64,000 nucleotides of DNA from Elsinoe ampelina (Eukaryota): the NCBI GenBank assembly GCA_010093995.1, contig ML992501.1, positions 830,945-894,944 on the forward strand. The letters are read 5' to 3'. How positions within the stretch are numbered: position 1 is the first letter of the stretch; every line of letters starts with the position of its first letter. Below, piece by piece: positions 12,272 to 23,563 of the stretch. The notes below the pieces were generated by a model. That model made no database searches. It was not told the origin of the DNA and worked only from the letters and a program-made list of their open reading frames with translations. The position numbers and the translations under genes were made by a program.

Positions 12272-14152
12272 ACGCTCGCCCCCATACCCCTCCTCCATGC
12301 CGCCCGCACCCTCCTCCAGTGGCGCCACAACCTCCGCGCCGCCCGCGCCTCTGGCCTCCCCTACGTCCCAACAATAGCGTACTACTTCAGCATCCCCTGG
12401 CTCCTCAGCCAACGCTACATTCTCCCCATCCTCCACCTTCTCCCCGCACATTTCCATGGTCCCTGGCTAACAATCATCACCTCCGGCTGGGGTTACACCC
12501 ACGGCCACACCCCGTTCGCCATCCTGGGAACCGACACCTTCATCGCCTCCGCCCCAGGCAAAAACATCCTCTACACGGCCTCCGCGTCCCTCATCCACCA
12601 AATCACCACCCGCCGCATCGACTTCCCCAAGCCCGTCGGGCTCCATCTCTACCAAGCCCAGAACCTGTTCGGGCGCAACGTCCTGACTGTCGAGGGGGAG
12701 GAGTGGCGCCGTCATCGCCGTGTCGTGGCGGGGAGCTTTTCGGATGCGAGTAACGGGCTTGTGTTCGAGGAGTCGGTGAGGCAGGCCGGGATGATGGTGG
12801 GGAGTTGGAGGGGGAGGGGAGGGGAGGCGAAGGAGGGGTTGAGGTCGATCATGGAGGATACGTTGAGGTTGTCGTTGCATGTGATTAGTAGGGCGGGGTT
12901 TGGGATGGGGATTGAGTGGCCTGGTGTGCAGGGGGAAAGGGGAGAGAGAGGGGAGGTGGTGGTGGATGTGGGGGAGCTGGGGAGGGGGCATGAGTTGAGT
13001 TTTGTGGAGGCGATGGAGGGGGTGTTGAGGGGGTTGTTGATGTTGTTGCTTGTACCGGTAGGAGTGATGGGTAGGTGTGATTGAGGCAAGTGTTGTCGAT
13101 TGAGCTGACATGGCACAGCACGTCTGCCATTCAAGGCTGCAAAGGAAGCATATCACACCTACATGGAATGGAGCCGGTATCTGGAAGATCTATACAACCT
13201 CAAACACCACGCCATCTCCTCCAACACCCGCACCGACGACGCCCGCGGCTTCGATCTCATGGGCAGCATGATCCTCGAATCACAGCACACCACCTCGGAA
13301 AAAGCCCCTTCCACCACCGCACCAGAGACAACCCCATCCACCGGCCTCACCAAGTCCGAAATCCTCGGCAACTCCTTCATCTTCCTCAACGCCGGCCACG
13401 AAACCTCCGCCCACACAATCCAAATGTGCATCCTCCACCTGGCCATCCACCCACACATCCAACGCCGCCTCCAAGCCTCTCTAGACGACATCCTCGGCTC
13501 CCGCCCCCCCTCCACCTGGTCCTACGAGACAGACTACCCCTTGCTGGCAGACACCTGGCCGGGCGCAATCATGAACGAGTCCCTCCGTCTCTGCCCATCG
13601 GTCGTCAACGTGCCCAAGATCGTCCCTCCCGGCCCGTCGCAGATCCTCAAGGTCGATGGACGGGATCACCCCGTTGCGGAAGGGACGTTCGTCTGGCTCG
13701 CCGTGGCAGCCGTGGGGAGGAATCCGAAGTACTGGCTTTCTGAACACGGGGAGCGAGATCCCGCAGATCTTCACGAGTGGAGGGCGGAGAGGTGGATGTG
13801 TGGCCAGCTCGAGGAGGAGGATGGGAAAGAAGGTCTGTTCAGGCCGCAGAAGGGGGCTCTCATTCCGTTCAGCGAGGGTCAGAGAAGTTGTATCGGGCAG
13901 AGGTTTGCGAAGACGGAAATTGTGGCTGTTTTGGCCGCGGTGTTTAAGGAGTGGAGCGTTGAGCTTGTTGTGGATGGGGAAAGGGAGGGGATGGATGAGG
14001 AGGAGAGGAGGGAGAAGTTTGAGGTTGCGAGGGTGAAGGCGGTGAGGACGATTATGGAGGGGTGTAAGACTGGGCCGACGTTGAGGTTGAGGGAGGGGGA
14101 GGTGCCGATTCGGTTGGTGAGGAGGGGGGAGGAGAGGTATGGTGATTTGTGA
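12272..14152 (+). CDS. Cytochrome P450 (start codon unresolved)
   Basis: NLRAARASGLPYV N-terminus, GEEWRRHRR, AGHETSA, ESLR, WRAERW, FSEGQRSCIG heme motif. Intron 13071-13118 joins the frames. No in-frame ATG before the N-terminus; ACG at 12272. Confidence 0.88.
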
Positions 14153-14213
14153 TGAGCTTTTGCTTTTTTTCATTACAGTGATGAGATTATCTGACGAAAT
14201 CAATGAATGACGA

Positions 14214-15174
14214 CTACACTGTGATTACTGTTCTCTGCCCAATCCTTCCGTCAAATTTCGACTTGATCTGTACGGCATCCGCGTGACTAACGGATGCCAG
14301 ACGGTCGAGAGGAACATCCAATTGACGCTCGGTGTTGGGCTCCTCGGGCACATCTAGGTCCGCACCATACCACAGAATGCCAATGCACATGAGGAAACCC
14401 ATGCACCCAGCATCGAAAGCGAAAGCGGGCCATTCATGTTGCATGAAATAGCCAGGATCACCCTGCGCATACTGGATCATGCGGAAGATCGTCCTGATAA
14501 GCGTCAGGATTGAGGCCAGGTACATGGTGTACATGCTGAGCGAGAATCGCAAACGAGGCTTGGTCAGAGAAATGACATTGTGCTTCCTCATCCGAGAATG
14601 GAAGACGCTTGCAAAGATGAAGAAAGTGAGTGTTACGGCAACCTGCAGGGCAAGACCGCCGCAGATGATGTTGTTTGACCAGCGGATCTCATCTTCGTCG
14701 TCGGGGTCGATCAGCTTGATTGTACCCCATACCTGGAAGAGCATGCCGAATGCGTCGCCCCAGCATAGGATGTTGCTGATGAAAATGGGCCGCAGGATCG
14801 AGTAGCGGTTGAATGTCGAGGCTGCAATGACTTGGCCAAAGAAGATGTGGATTGCTCCGTTGAGTAAGATCGGAGCACAAAGAATGGTCACACTTTGAGC
14901 TGTGTAGGAGTGAAGATTATCCAGATCGTAGCATGATACTGTCCGAGCGATGTAGCCGGCAAACTCGGCTGCGCTTGGTCAGTATCAAGTCCACTTGTCT
15001 GGAATGGTTGATCCTACCAGCACCACCTAAGATGAACGGAAGGGCAAAGAGACGTTTTGTGTACGTCAACAAGGCGATGTGAAGACTTGTGAGTGTGAAG
15101 AAGACTACCGTGAGAGCGATGGCGGCTGGCGGTGAAGGAATGTAGTTGAAGAATGGGTTGTTGTACGAGGCCAT
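14214..15174 (-). CDS. RTA1-like multi-pass membrane protein
   Basis: YIPSPPAAI start, EFAGYIAR, GLALQV, IRTIFRMIQY, HEWPAFAFD; one intron ~14969-15018. Confidence 0.88.
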
Positions 15175-15503
15175 CTTCTTAGCGGGCAAGGTCTTCTCAG
15201 TGGTAAGATCTTGACTCGCCACACGCTTGGGATCAAGGTCGTCAAAAGCGACAAAGGAAGTCGAGAGCGGTTTGGAGGTTCATGCTTCGTTGACGCAAAG
15301 GCGTTGTGGTTGCAGCGCAACGGTCCAAGACCCAACGGACAGGATTGAGGCATCGCCCTACACGACGTTGGAACTAACGTTTCCTGTGGGAAGGCATGCA
15401 CAATTTTGCACAATGTCTTTCGAGCCGCTGACAAAGCCACTGTTGGAAGTGATGAGGTACATGAGCTATCCTTGCATTCGCATTCTGCCGGACGGGAGTC
15501 CCG

Positions 15504-16778
15504 CTAATCATCCACACATGGTAGCTCCCCTTCCAGTGCTTTTCCATTGGCGAGGTAAATTACATCATGCACCAGCTTGTACTCTGGCAGACGCTGCCAC
15601 GAGATTCTCCTATGCTCCCAGTCATACTCGTCGTCATAAATCCCAGTGACAGGGGATATCGACCACTTGTTCGGCCTTCTAGGCAACGGCAGCTCGTCGG
15701 CGACGTGTTCTGGACACGCTGTGTAGTGACCGATTGGCGATAAGTCTGCCCGATACTCCAGCCAATTGGTCAGTTGGAGCCTGAATTCATCGACGGAGGC
15801 ATCAAGCTTGATACCGTCCCGAAGCTGCCATTCCTTCATGTTGACGACAATGTCAATCTCTGGCCATTCGCAGACCGCATCACGATGACTGTAATCGCCC
15901 GTCAGGATCTCATATATTGTGAACGCAACCCCCTTTGTATCAGCTCGGTCCGCGAGCTCTGGGCGATCTGATGTGATCCTGGACGAGAAGCCGAAGTCGA
16001 TGAGCTGTATGGATTCTGTTGCCTTGTCGAACAGTATGTTTCCTGGGTGGATGTCGGAGTGGTGGACTCCGTACTTGAGGTTAAGGTCATCAATAACGCT
16101 AGTCAACTGGTGGAGGTACTTGAGCTTGAAGATTGTTGGTGGACTATCCCTCAATGTGCCTCCCTTGACGTAGGCGATGGTGAGTCCAAGGATCCGATGT
16201 CCACTCTCATCCGTGACAATACGATCGAACGGCACGGTGAAGGGGTGTTTCGGCAGTTGGACATAGAGCACGAGCTCTCTCCACAGCCATCCGAACCAGT
16301 CGGGGACTGCGGAGTACTTGAAGATGACTTGCTTCCTGCCTTGTGTTCTCGTGTAGTAGGAACACAGGTCGATCTGTTGGTCCAACCTTTCCTCCTCGAT
16401 CAGATGGTCCCATCTAATGGTGTGTGCTGCAGCCAGGCTAGGGAAACCCGCAAGCCTTGGATATGGATCTGGTGAGGGATCCATTTGAAGAGGTGGTTCC
16501 CCGCCCGCTGACAAGATGTCGTATTCTGGCGATATCTCGACGGTCGAAGCTGTTGGCGGGAGCTCATCGATCTTGGACTGTAGTAAATGGCGGATCTTGT
16601 TGAATGAACTCCCCATGTCCGGATCGAAGTGTCCCTGGGGTAGACGACCGTAAACAGTATAGACCCTTCTCTGATCGGCATCGACGAGTTGGTAATCGAC
16701 GAGATCAAAGCCTCGACCAGGCTGGCAGCCACTGCCAGAGATCTGAATGAGCCTGTCCGCGGATGATATCATGGTCAA
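15504..16778 (-). CDS. Atypical fungal protein kinase, paralogue 2
   Basis: DADQRR, VIFKY, WRE, HSDIHPGNILF, LIDFG, FTIYEILT. Confidence 0.88.
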   Translation of the reverse strand: MTMISSADRLIQISGSGCQPGRGFDLVDYQLVDADQRRVYTVYGRLPQGHFDPDMGSSFNKIRHLLQSKIDELPPTASTVEISPEYDILSAGGEPPLQMDPSPDPYPRLAGFPSLAAAHTIRWDHLIEEERLDQQIDLCSYYTRTQGRKQVIFKYSAVPDWFGWLWRELVLYVQLPKHPFTVPFDRIVTDESGHRILGLTIAYVKGGTLRDSPPTIFKLKYLHQLTSVIDDLNLKYGVHHSDIHPGNILFDKATESIQLIDFGFSSRITSDRPELADRADTKGVAFTIYEILTGDYSHRDAVCEWPEIDIVVNMKEWQLRDGIKLDASVDEFRLQLTNWLEYRADLSPIGHYTACPEHVADELPLPRRPNKWSISPVTGIYDDEYDWEHRRISWQRLPEYKLVHDVIYLANGKALEGELPCVDD

Positions 16779-17168
16779 ATTCTGATGTCGGTGACTGCAA
16801 TGTTACAACATAGATAGCAAGAGTGACTCTCGGAGGTTACGGCTGGCTTCTTGAAGCATTTACAGTGACGTCTAGACGGTAATGTATTATCGGGAACCGC
16901 TGGGTACAACAAAGTTCGTGGGTGGATAGTCGCCGACCGCGCATGGATTGGGGCTGAGTTGTGCCAGTAGCCGCTGCGGCACGGTATATAGCACATCACA
17001 AAAAGTCCGGCGGCAAACGAGACCTCGTGTTTCAGCTTCAGCCAGGCTTAGCGAAGTGATACGACTCAGGATCCAAATGAGCAGTAGGCTTTGGAGGAGA
17101 CGCAGACGGATGATGCCAATTTTCGCTGACACACGGAAACCTGTTACTCCGTTGCTTCCTTCCTTGTG

Positions 17169-18461
17169 CTACAAGATTGCTTCGAGTGTTCCATCCAAAG
17201 GATCTCCACTTGCCAGATACTCAACACCCTTGATCCTTTTGGCGGCCTCTGGCCGATCCCACTTGACTTGGTATTTGCTACCATTCGCTTCATCATGGAC
17301 TGGTAGATCCAGCCCCTTCGAAGGATGTTCTTCGCCATGGTCTGCGCTGTCGATTTGAGATTTCTCAGGATTTGAGAAGCTCGGAGGTTTTGGTATGTGC
17401 GCTGGACAAGCACTCCAGTGCTTGACCACGCGATTGGCTCGGGCCTTCAACCAGTTTTGCAATGTCTGACAAAAGGATTCCACATCTCGGTCCAACAGGA
17501 CATCTCGGTGGATCTCCCAAGTCTTCATCTTTAGTATGCTCTCGACATCAGGATAGTAGAAGACTTCCGATCGACGGGAGTTATCCCTGGTGATGAGCTC
17601 GTACAGAGTGAAGGCCAGACCTGCTGCATCGTCCCGTCTGTCCGTGGCGTAGGCTCGGTAGTCCCCAATCCACTCCGAAAAGTTGAAATCCATGAGTTTG
17701 ACAGAATCGCTCTTTTCATCGATGAGGATATTACGAGGGTGCACATCTCGGTGGAGGATGCCATACTGCAAATTGAGGTCGTCCACAACCGTGATAAGCT
17801 GCTCCAGCCATTTAAATTTGAAGATCCGGGGAGGATTGCATTCAATGCTACCACCTGGTACGTACTCGGCCGTGAAGCCTAGGACTCGTGCATCAGTCTC
17901 GTCGATGACCACTCTGTCGAAGCTGGCGATATGCGGATGCCTCGGTAAAGACTTCCAGAGATGTAATTCCTGCCAGATCATCATCTGGTTGCTGAACATG
18001 CAGTAGTACTTGAACGAACAGTACTTCTTTGCTGATTGCTCCGTCCTGTAGTAGCAGATGTCTACCAGTGGGGAAGTCCGGTCGACCTCTATGAGTTGAT
18101 TGCGTTTAATCGTGGGAAGGCCGACGAGCGACGGGCAGTCCGCGAGTTTGTGGTAGAAGGGAGCAAGCCGAGTATCCTCAGGTGGCGAGCAAGCACTGGA
18201 GTCTAGTTCGAAGTCTCGGTCAAGGTGGACTATCCAATCGTCGGGCTCGAGTTTTGTGATCGCACGGCCAACGCCCTCAGCGATCTTGTCGTGGACCGCT
18301 TCTTCGTCGTCGCCGTACAACTCCCCGCTTGGTCGGCGTCCGAAAGCGAGATACTGACCGCGCTGATCCCAATCCGTGACTGTGAATCTGTAGCTATCGT
18401 AGCCGTCGAATTCGCCTTGCATGCCTCCATTGCAGAAGAACCTGTCACCAGGCTCGATCAT
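17169..18461 (-). CDS. Atypical fungal protein kinase, paralogue 3
   Basis: DWDQR, CSFKY, WQE, HRDVHPRNILI, LMDFN, FTLYELIT. Confidence 0.88.
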   Translation of the reverse strand: MIEPGDRFFCNGGMQGEFDGYDSYRFTVTDWDQRGQYLAFGRRPSGELYGDDEEAVHDKIAEGVGRAITKLEPDDWIVHLDRDFELDSSACSPPEDTRLAPFYHKLADCPSLVGLPTIKRNQLIEVDRTSPLVDICYYRTEQSAKKYCSFKYYCMFSNQMMIWQELHLWKSLPRHPHIASFDRVVIDETDARVLGFTAEYVPGGSIECNPPRIFKFKWLEQLITVVDDLNLQYGILHRDVHPRNILIDEKSDSVKLMDFNFSEWIGDYRAYATDRRDDAAGLAFTLYELITRDNSRRSEVFYYPDVESILKMKTWEIHRDVLLDRDVESFCQTLQNWLKARANRVVKHWSACPAHIPKPPSFSNPEKSQIDSADHGEEHPSKGLDLPVHDEANGSKYQVKWDRPEAAKRIKGVEYLASGDPLDGTLEAIL

Positions 18462-18839
18462 GGTGTATCGAGAGCTGTCAGAGGCTGGAGCGCTGCACTG
18501 CTCGGTATTGGAGTGGTCGGGGATATTTCACTGGCAATCACGATCAGACATATATATGTCGAGATGAATACCAAGAACCGGGCTGTGTGTTGCCCAACTT
18601 CTAAGCGCCGGTGTGGTAGCCGGGGTACTAGTGAGGGTGACACGGATCGGCGCTAAATGGTTCGATTAGGATTTCAAGAGTGGCTGATACATCTCCGTCA
18701 TTCGTATTATGCTCTTGCCGCCCAAGGTTGCGGGTCACAGCAACCGTAGCCAATGCTGGAATCATGTGGACAGTTTAAACTGGCCAAAGGTCTCTACGAA
18801 GCTCGAAATTTTACGCGGAAAATCATACCAAGCTTGAAT

Positions 18840-20321
18840 TCATCGCATGTCTGTAGTTCGATTGAAGGCTGTGCGGATGAGTCCAAGCAGCCGAAACAGC
18901 AGACTGGCCGGTCTTGAGAGTGAGTACTTGAGAAGTCCGCCCACGCCCCGAATGCTGCTGCTCAAGACGCCGAGCACTCTCCAGAAGATCCGGAGCAGAG
19001 GCAAGTGAGGATGTGGTACAGGCTTGCCCGAGAAAAGGTACTGGACGCCTGGGTGAAGCTGTTCCTGTGCGGGTCGGTCCCATTTGACTCGATAGCGACC
19101 GTAAGCATCCCATTCTCCATTACTTGTGCTAGAAAGGACCTTGTCTCGAGAAGAAGGTGGCTCGCTCGATCGTTTCGGCATCGGCTCAAAGTCGGGAACA
19201 TGCTGTGGGCAGTCTGTGAAGATTTTGATGTCCTTGTCCTTCCTGCTGTGAATCCAGAGAGTCAGGGTATCACGATAGACCTCGACTTCGTGATCCAATT
19301 TGCGCAGGGGATCGTGCTGCCACGTCGTCAGGTCAAGGACAACCTTCGGTGAGGACAATTGCTCCCAATGACCTCGATTCTCAAAGTCGCCCGTGATTAG
19401 CTCATACAGAGAGAATACAGCGCCGGAGATGTCATTGTTAGGGTCCTTGTCATGGTCCCAAAGACCTAGTCCGTTGCTCTGAATGTCGGAAACATCATGG
19501 TAGATCGATGGGCCGATTCTTCGAGCATGATTGAAGTCGATGAGCTGAAGCTTATCCGTACGAGGGTCGACCACCATGTTCCTTGGATGAATGTCGCGGT
19601 GCATTACCCCGTGCTGCAGGTTCAATTGATCAATTGCTTGAAGCAAATCCTTGAGCCACTTCAGCTTGAACGTTCTTTCGCCTTTCTCAAGCGTGCCTCC
19701 TGGAACGAAAGGTGTGGAGAAGCCAACAAGTCGATGTTCCACTTCATCCACGATCAAGCTATTGATGGTGACAATGTTCGGGTGAGGAGGAATGCTCCTC
19801 CAGATGTCAATTTCTTGCCAGAGGCTCTCCAAACCCGAGCGGAAAAGAGCGTACTTGACAACCAAAGTCATCTGATCTCCGCGCTTCGTGGTGTGGACGC
19901 ATTTGTCGACCCGCATTTGCATCCGGTCAACCTCGATAAGTTCATCTCTGGCGAAGCGAGGAAGTTCTGCCAGATGAGGACAGCCACTCAGCAGTGGATA
20001 AGGGGTGGTGTCGCGAGGGTCGTACTCGAGCGATTGGCCCTTGTCGGCTGAGATAAGGTCTAGTTGAGGTCCAAATCTGAAAGCCCACGCTGGAGGTATT
20101 ATTCGAGAAGCATTGTCCTGCAAAGCAAGGGTCAATTTGTCTTCCAGATTTTCGTAAGCTTGGGCATCATCTTCGGGGAGGTGTTTTGGTGTCTCTCCAG
20201 ATACCACCACGTGGCGTCGGACATCCCAGTCTTGGAAGACCAGATCGTATACTGTGCCCGTCGTACCGCGATACAAACCTCCGCCGGTTATCGGCGCGAA
20301 TCTGTGGCCGAGCGGAATCAT
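18840..20321 (-). CDS. Atypical fungal protein kinase, paralogue 4, with hydrophobic/basic C-terminal extension
   Basis: DWDVRR, LVVKY, WQE, HRDIHPRNMVV, LIDFN, FSLYELIT. Confidence 0.88.
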   Translation of the reverse strand: MIPLGHRFAPITGGGLYRGTTGTVYDLVFQDWDVRRHVVVSGETPKHLPEDDAQAYENLEDKLTLALQDNASRIIPPAWAFRFGPQLDLISADKGQSLEYDPRDTTPYPLLSGCPHLAELPRFARDELIEVDRMQMRVDKCVHTTKRGDQMTLVVKYALFRSGLESLWQEIDIWRSIPPHPNIVTINSLIVDEVEHRLVGFSTPFVPGGTLEKGERTFKLKWLKDLLQAIDQLNLQHGVMHRDIHPRNMVVDPRTDKLQLIDFNHARRIGPSIYHDVSDIQSNGLGLWDHDKDPNNDISGAVFSLYELITGDFENRGHWEQLSSPKVVLDLTTWQHDPLRKLDHEVEVYRDTLTLWIHSRKDKDIKIFTDCPQHVPDFEPMPKRSSEPPSSRDKVLSSTSNGEWDAYGRYRVKWDRPAQEQLHPGVQYLFSGKPVPHPHLPLLRIFWRVLGVLSSSIRGVGGLLKYSLSRPASLLFRLLGLIRTAFNRTTDMR

Positions 20322-20837
20322 GCTGTATGGTCGGGCGGTGGCAATTGGGAGGAAGACTATTGATGGAGAATATCTTGTTGGAAAGAAGTCGTCGTGGAGT
20401 TGACGGCACTGATGAGCATCTGCGTTGGCGCGGAACGTATCACGGTTGTTTCAAGACACGGCCGCTTGCCCTTTCATAGCTCAAAACACTCAGAGAGATC
20501 AGTTCTCGATCGAGCGGTTGTCAATGCACTGTTGGACTGGGGAACTGGGAACCGATGTCGATGACCACTCAGCAGCATCTCTGACGACCAGCGCCTAGCT
20601 CTCTCGAAATTGTGGCATAGCAGCCATGTCACAGCCAGTGACGGGGCCTCGTCAAGCGCTGCGGCACAACTCGATTCTATTCTCGATCATGTCCGACCGG
20701 ATCCTCGCAGACATATATACCTCCTGTGTGACGGAGACAGAGTGTGCCATTCACAAACTCGTCACCATCATCCCTACTACCACGCCAGTTACTTACCCAG
20801 GATCCCGACATCCGCTAGATCACCACACGCTTGCAAT

Positions 20838-21218
20838 ATGTTCGCTCCCAATCCGCAGCTTCCCGTCGTCGAGCTGATCGAGCCACACGAGATCGATAAG
20901 TGGTCTCGACACCACAAAGTCTGGACCGACAGGCAGAACTGCTTCTGCGGCCACTACGTCTTCAGATCTGCCTTCTGTGGATGCTCCTACCGAGCCCATC
21001 CCGTCAGGTGCGGCGCCTCCGGCTCGGCCTCCGGAAAATCAGTATTCTGTAAAAGCCCTGCCGCTATCAGACCGATGCATGGCTGTCTCGTCAACCGCTT
21101 TTGCCACTCTTGCCAACACCTGGCAAACGATCAAGACAGGGCACAAGAAGCGCAAAACCGCATTGCTATGCAGCCTAGGAGGCAGCCTGGTCAGCCATTG
21201 GCTTATCTGCTGGATTGA
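20838..21218 (+). CDS. Small Cys/His-rich hypothetical protein
   Basis: ATG at 20838; CFCGH..CGC..C..C..C..CHSC pattern suggests metal binding; no signal peptide. Confidence 0.55.
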   Translation: MFAPNPQLPVVELIEPHEIDKWSRHHKVWTDRQNCFCGHYVFRSAFCGCSYRAHPVRCGASGSASGKSVFCKSPAAIRPMHGCLVNRFCHSCQHLANDQDRAQEAQNRIAMQPRRQPGQPLAYLLD

Positions 21219-21412
21219 ATTGTCAAGAGGAGGATGAATTGGGTACGTGTATGATAGTGAGGAAGAGACTGTATCGCATTTCTTGACTTTGCCATTCGAA
21301 TCATTAATCGTAACTGCCATGCCCTATCCGTGTGAACAGTCCAAATGCCCATCCCAAACACCTCGCTAAACCCAATCCAATACCATGCACAATGCTGTAC
21401 AAACATATACAC

Positions 21413-23125
21413 TCACAAATCAACATCCACAAACCTCTCCCCCTCCCCCTCCCCTCTCCCTCTTCCCCTATCCTCCTTCCAACCCTCATCCTCATCCTCA
21501 TCCCACCTCCCCACATCCTCCCTACTCTCCCAAAACCTAAACCCACCCAAACCCTCACTCACCGTCCGTCTCCACTCGCCTCTATCCTCATCCTCGCTCT
21601 CCCCCTCCAATCCCTCCGGTATCCCACTCAACCTCGTCCTCTCCCAGCCTCGTAGCAAGAACAAGCTTCTCCTCCTCTTCCTCTTCTCTTCCCTTGTCCG
21701 TACGGGTGTGGGTGGTCTTTGCGCGAAGATACTCGGATTGCGTTGGGCGAGGGCCGCGTAGTATGGGTTGATGTACGGTCGGGCGTCGGAAATTATGGGC
21801 ATGGATGACATGGGGCTTAGTGGTGAGACGGGGGAGTCATGGACGGGAGAGGTTGGGGTGTTGCGTAGAGCTGGGTGCACGGTGAGGAGCGGTGCCAGGG
21901 GCATGATCGGTGGAGGACTGGAAAGGAGGGTGGTAGAGCCGCCTTCGCTTGCTTCGAGGTAGGATGGTCGAAGGCGGTCTTGTCGTTTGCGGTATAATAG
22001 GAAGGCGAGGAGGAGGACGATCCCTAATGATGCTGCGGCGCCGGCTGTGATGCCTCCGATTGTTGCTGGTGGCAGGGAGGTCGAGCTCTGGGCAATGGGC
22101 GCAGGCAAGCTTGTTGGGGAGGAGGGCGGAATTGACAGTGTGGGATCTGGTGTTAGAGTAGGCGAGCGTGAAGTCATCGTTAAGGTGGAAAGGGTGCTAG
22201 GAAGCGTAGTTGTTGGAAAGGTAGGCCTTTGTGTCGTGGTTGTGTTGTTGACGAACGGACCAAACGATCTAGTGTTTGCAGTACGTGTGCTGGAGGACTT
22301 CTGCGTCGCTGTGGCATTCCTTGCTGCAGAAGCACTCGACACTGCGGAACGCAGACTCGAAATCAGGGCAGCGAGAGGGGGACGTTTGGACTCTCCTACT
22401 CTTGGTCGTCCGGTGGAGCCGGGTCTCAAAGGACTTGGTGGTCTTGTGGCTCGAGGGGGAGCGCCTCGATCACGGGTTGTGGATGGCCGCAAGGTCGACA
22501 GTATTGGTCCTAATCCTAGTGCCACATTTCCTGGCCGTGGATCAAGAGCTCCTGTGGACATCGGTATCGATGTTGACGTCGCTCTGGTAGCCGATCGAGA
22601 AGGGACGGTTGTGATCTTCGAAGCATTTGCAGAGTGAGGTCGAAGAGCTGATACTAACACTGCAGCAAACGTGGAGCCCCGAGAGACGTGCGAAGTCGTT
22701 AATGTTGGTTTCGTAGATACGTAAACGACAGAAGAAGTGGTTGGAAATCGATACAAGCTGCTCGATGATGCTAAAGAAAATGTCGCCGCGCCGGAAGATG
22801 TAGGAAAGGAAGAAAGATGTAGGAAAGCTGAAGGAGATACTGGTGGTGGCACAGAAGGAAAAGCTGAAGTGGTAGGAAATGAAGCGATCGTAGTCAAGAA
22901 AAGACCATCACTTATTGGACGAAGGCTGCTCGTGGACGACGAGCTGGAAGATGGGAGGAGTGTGGTCGAGGTACTGTCAAGGACAGGAGGGCCTGCAGTC
23001 TATCAGTTAGAGTCAGCTTGTCGCCTGTGCTGGCCTTGCATACCTTGTGAACTAGACAGTGCTCCTACATTAGCCGCTAGAAGAATTGAGAGAAATGCAA
23101 ATGTCCGTGAGTAGCTACATTGCAT
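21413..23125 (-). CDS. Secreted Ser/Thr-rich single-pass membrane protein (Mid2/mucin-sensor-like)
   Basis: Exon 1 signal peptide MQCSYSRTFAFLSILLAANVGALS; GTATGC..CTAAC..CAG intron ~22993-23043; long S/T/P ectodomain; TM IGGITAGAAASLGIVLLLAFLLY followed by RKR; cytoplasmic tail with NPYY. Confidence 0.8.
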
Positions 23126-23563
23126 AACTTGTGAGCAAGCGACTGAGGGCCAGTTGGTGGGAAAAAAGGATTACGACGACTGACGCCGGCAGGATATCAT
23201 GCAACCCATTTTGGACACCAACAGAGGCAACGTCACGTCTGTAAATAAGCGATGATTTCTCGACCGTGCCTCGGGCGCGTAGGCTGGTGCTGATAGTATT
23301 TTGTGGCCATGTGAAGTGAGATTGAAGATGCAGGTCCGGCAGTGAATTTTGCTGCGCCCCACGGCACTTTTGCTCGACTTCAGCTCGACCCTCTTTGAGC
23401 CATAGCGTAATTCTAATTTAGGAACACTCAGCATGACCATGAAAGTTCCTTGGTCGAATTGATATTCAAGGGGATCGCTACATAGCACGATCTAGTAGCC
23501 TTCTTGGGCCTTGTGTCGCTATCTCCTATGCTGTCATTGATGATACATCTTGACGAAGGACCT

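Noticed and set aside
12144..14203. Long Pro/His-rich overlapping ORFs on both strands (also around 21.3, 40.5, 50.3 and 61 kb)
   Set aside because: Shadow frames produced by stop-poor C/G-skewed sequence overlapping real genes.
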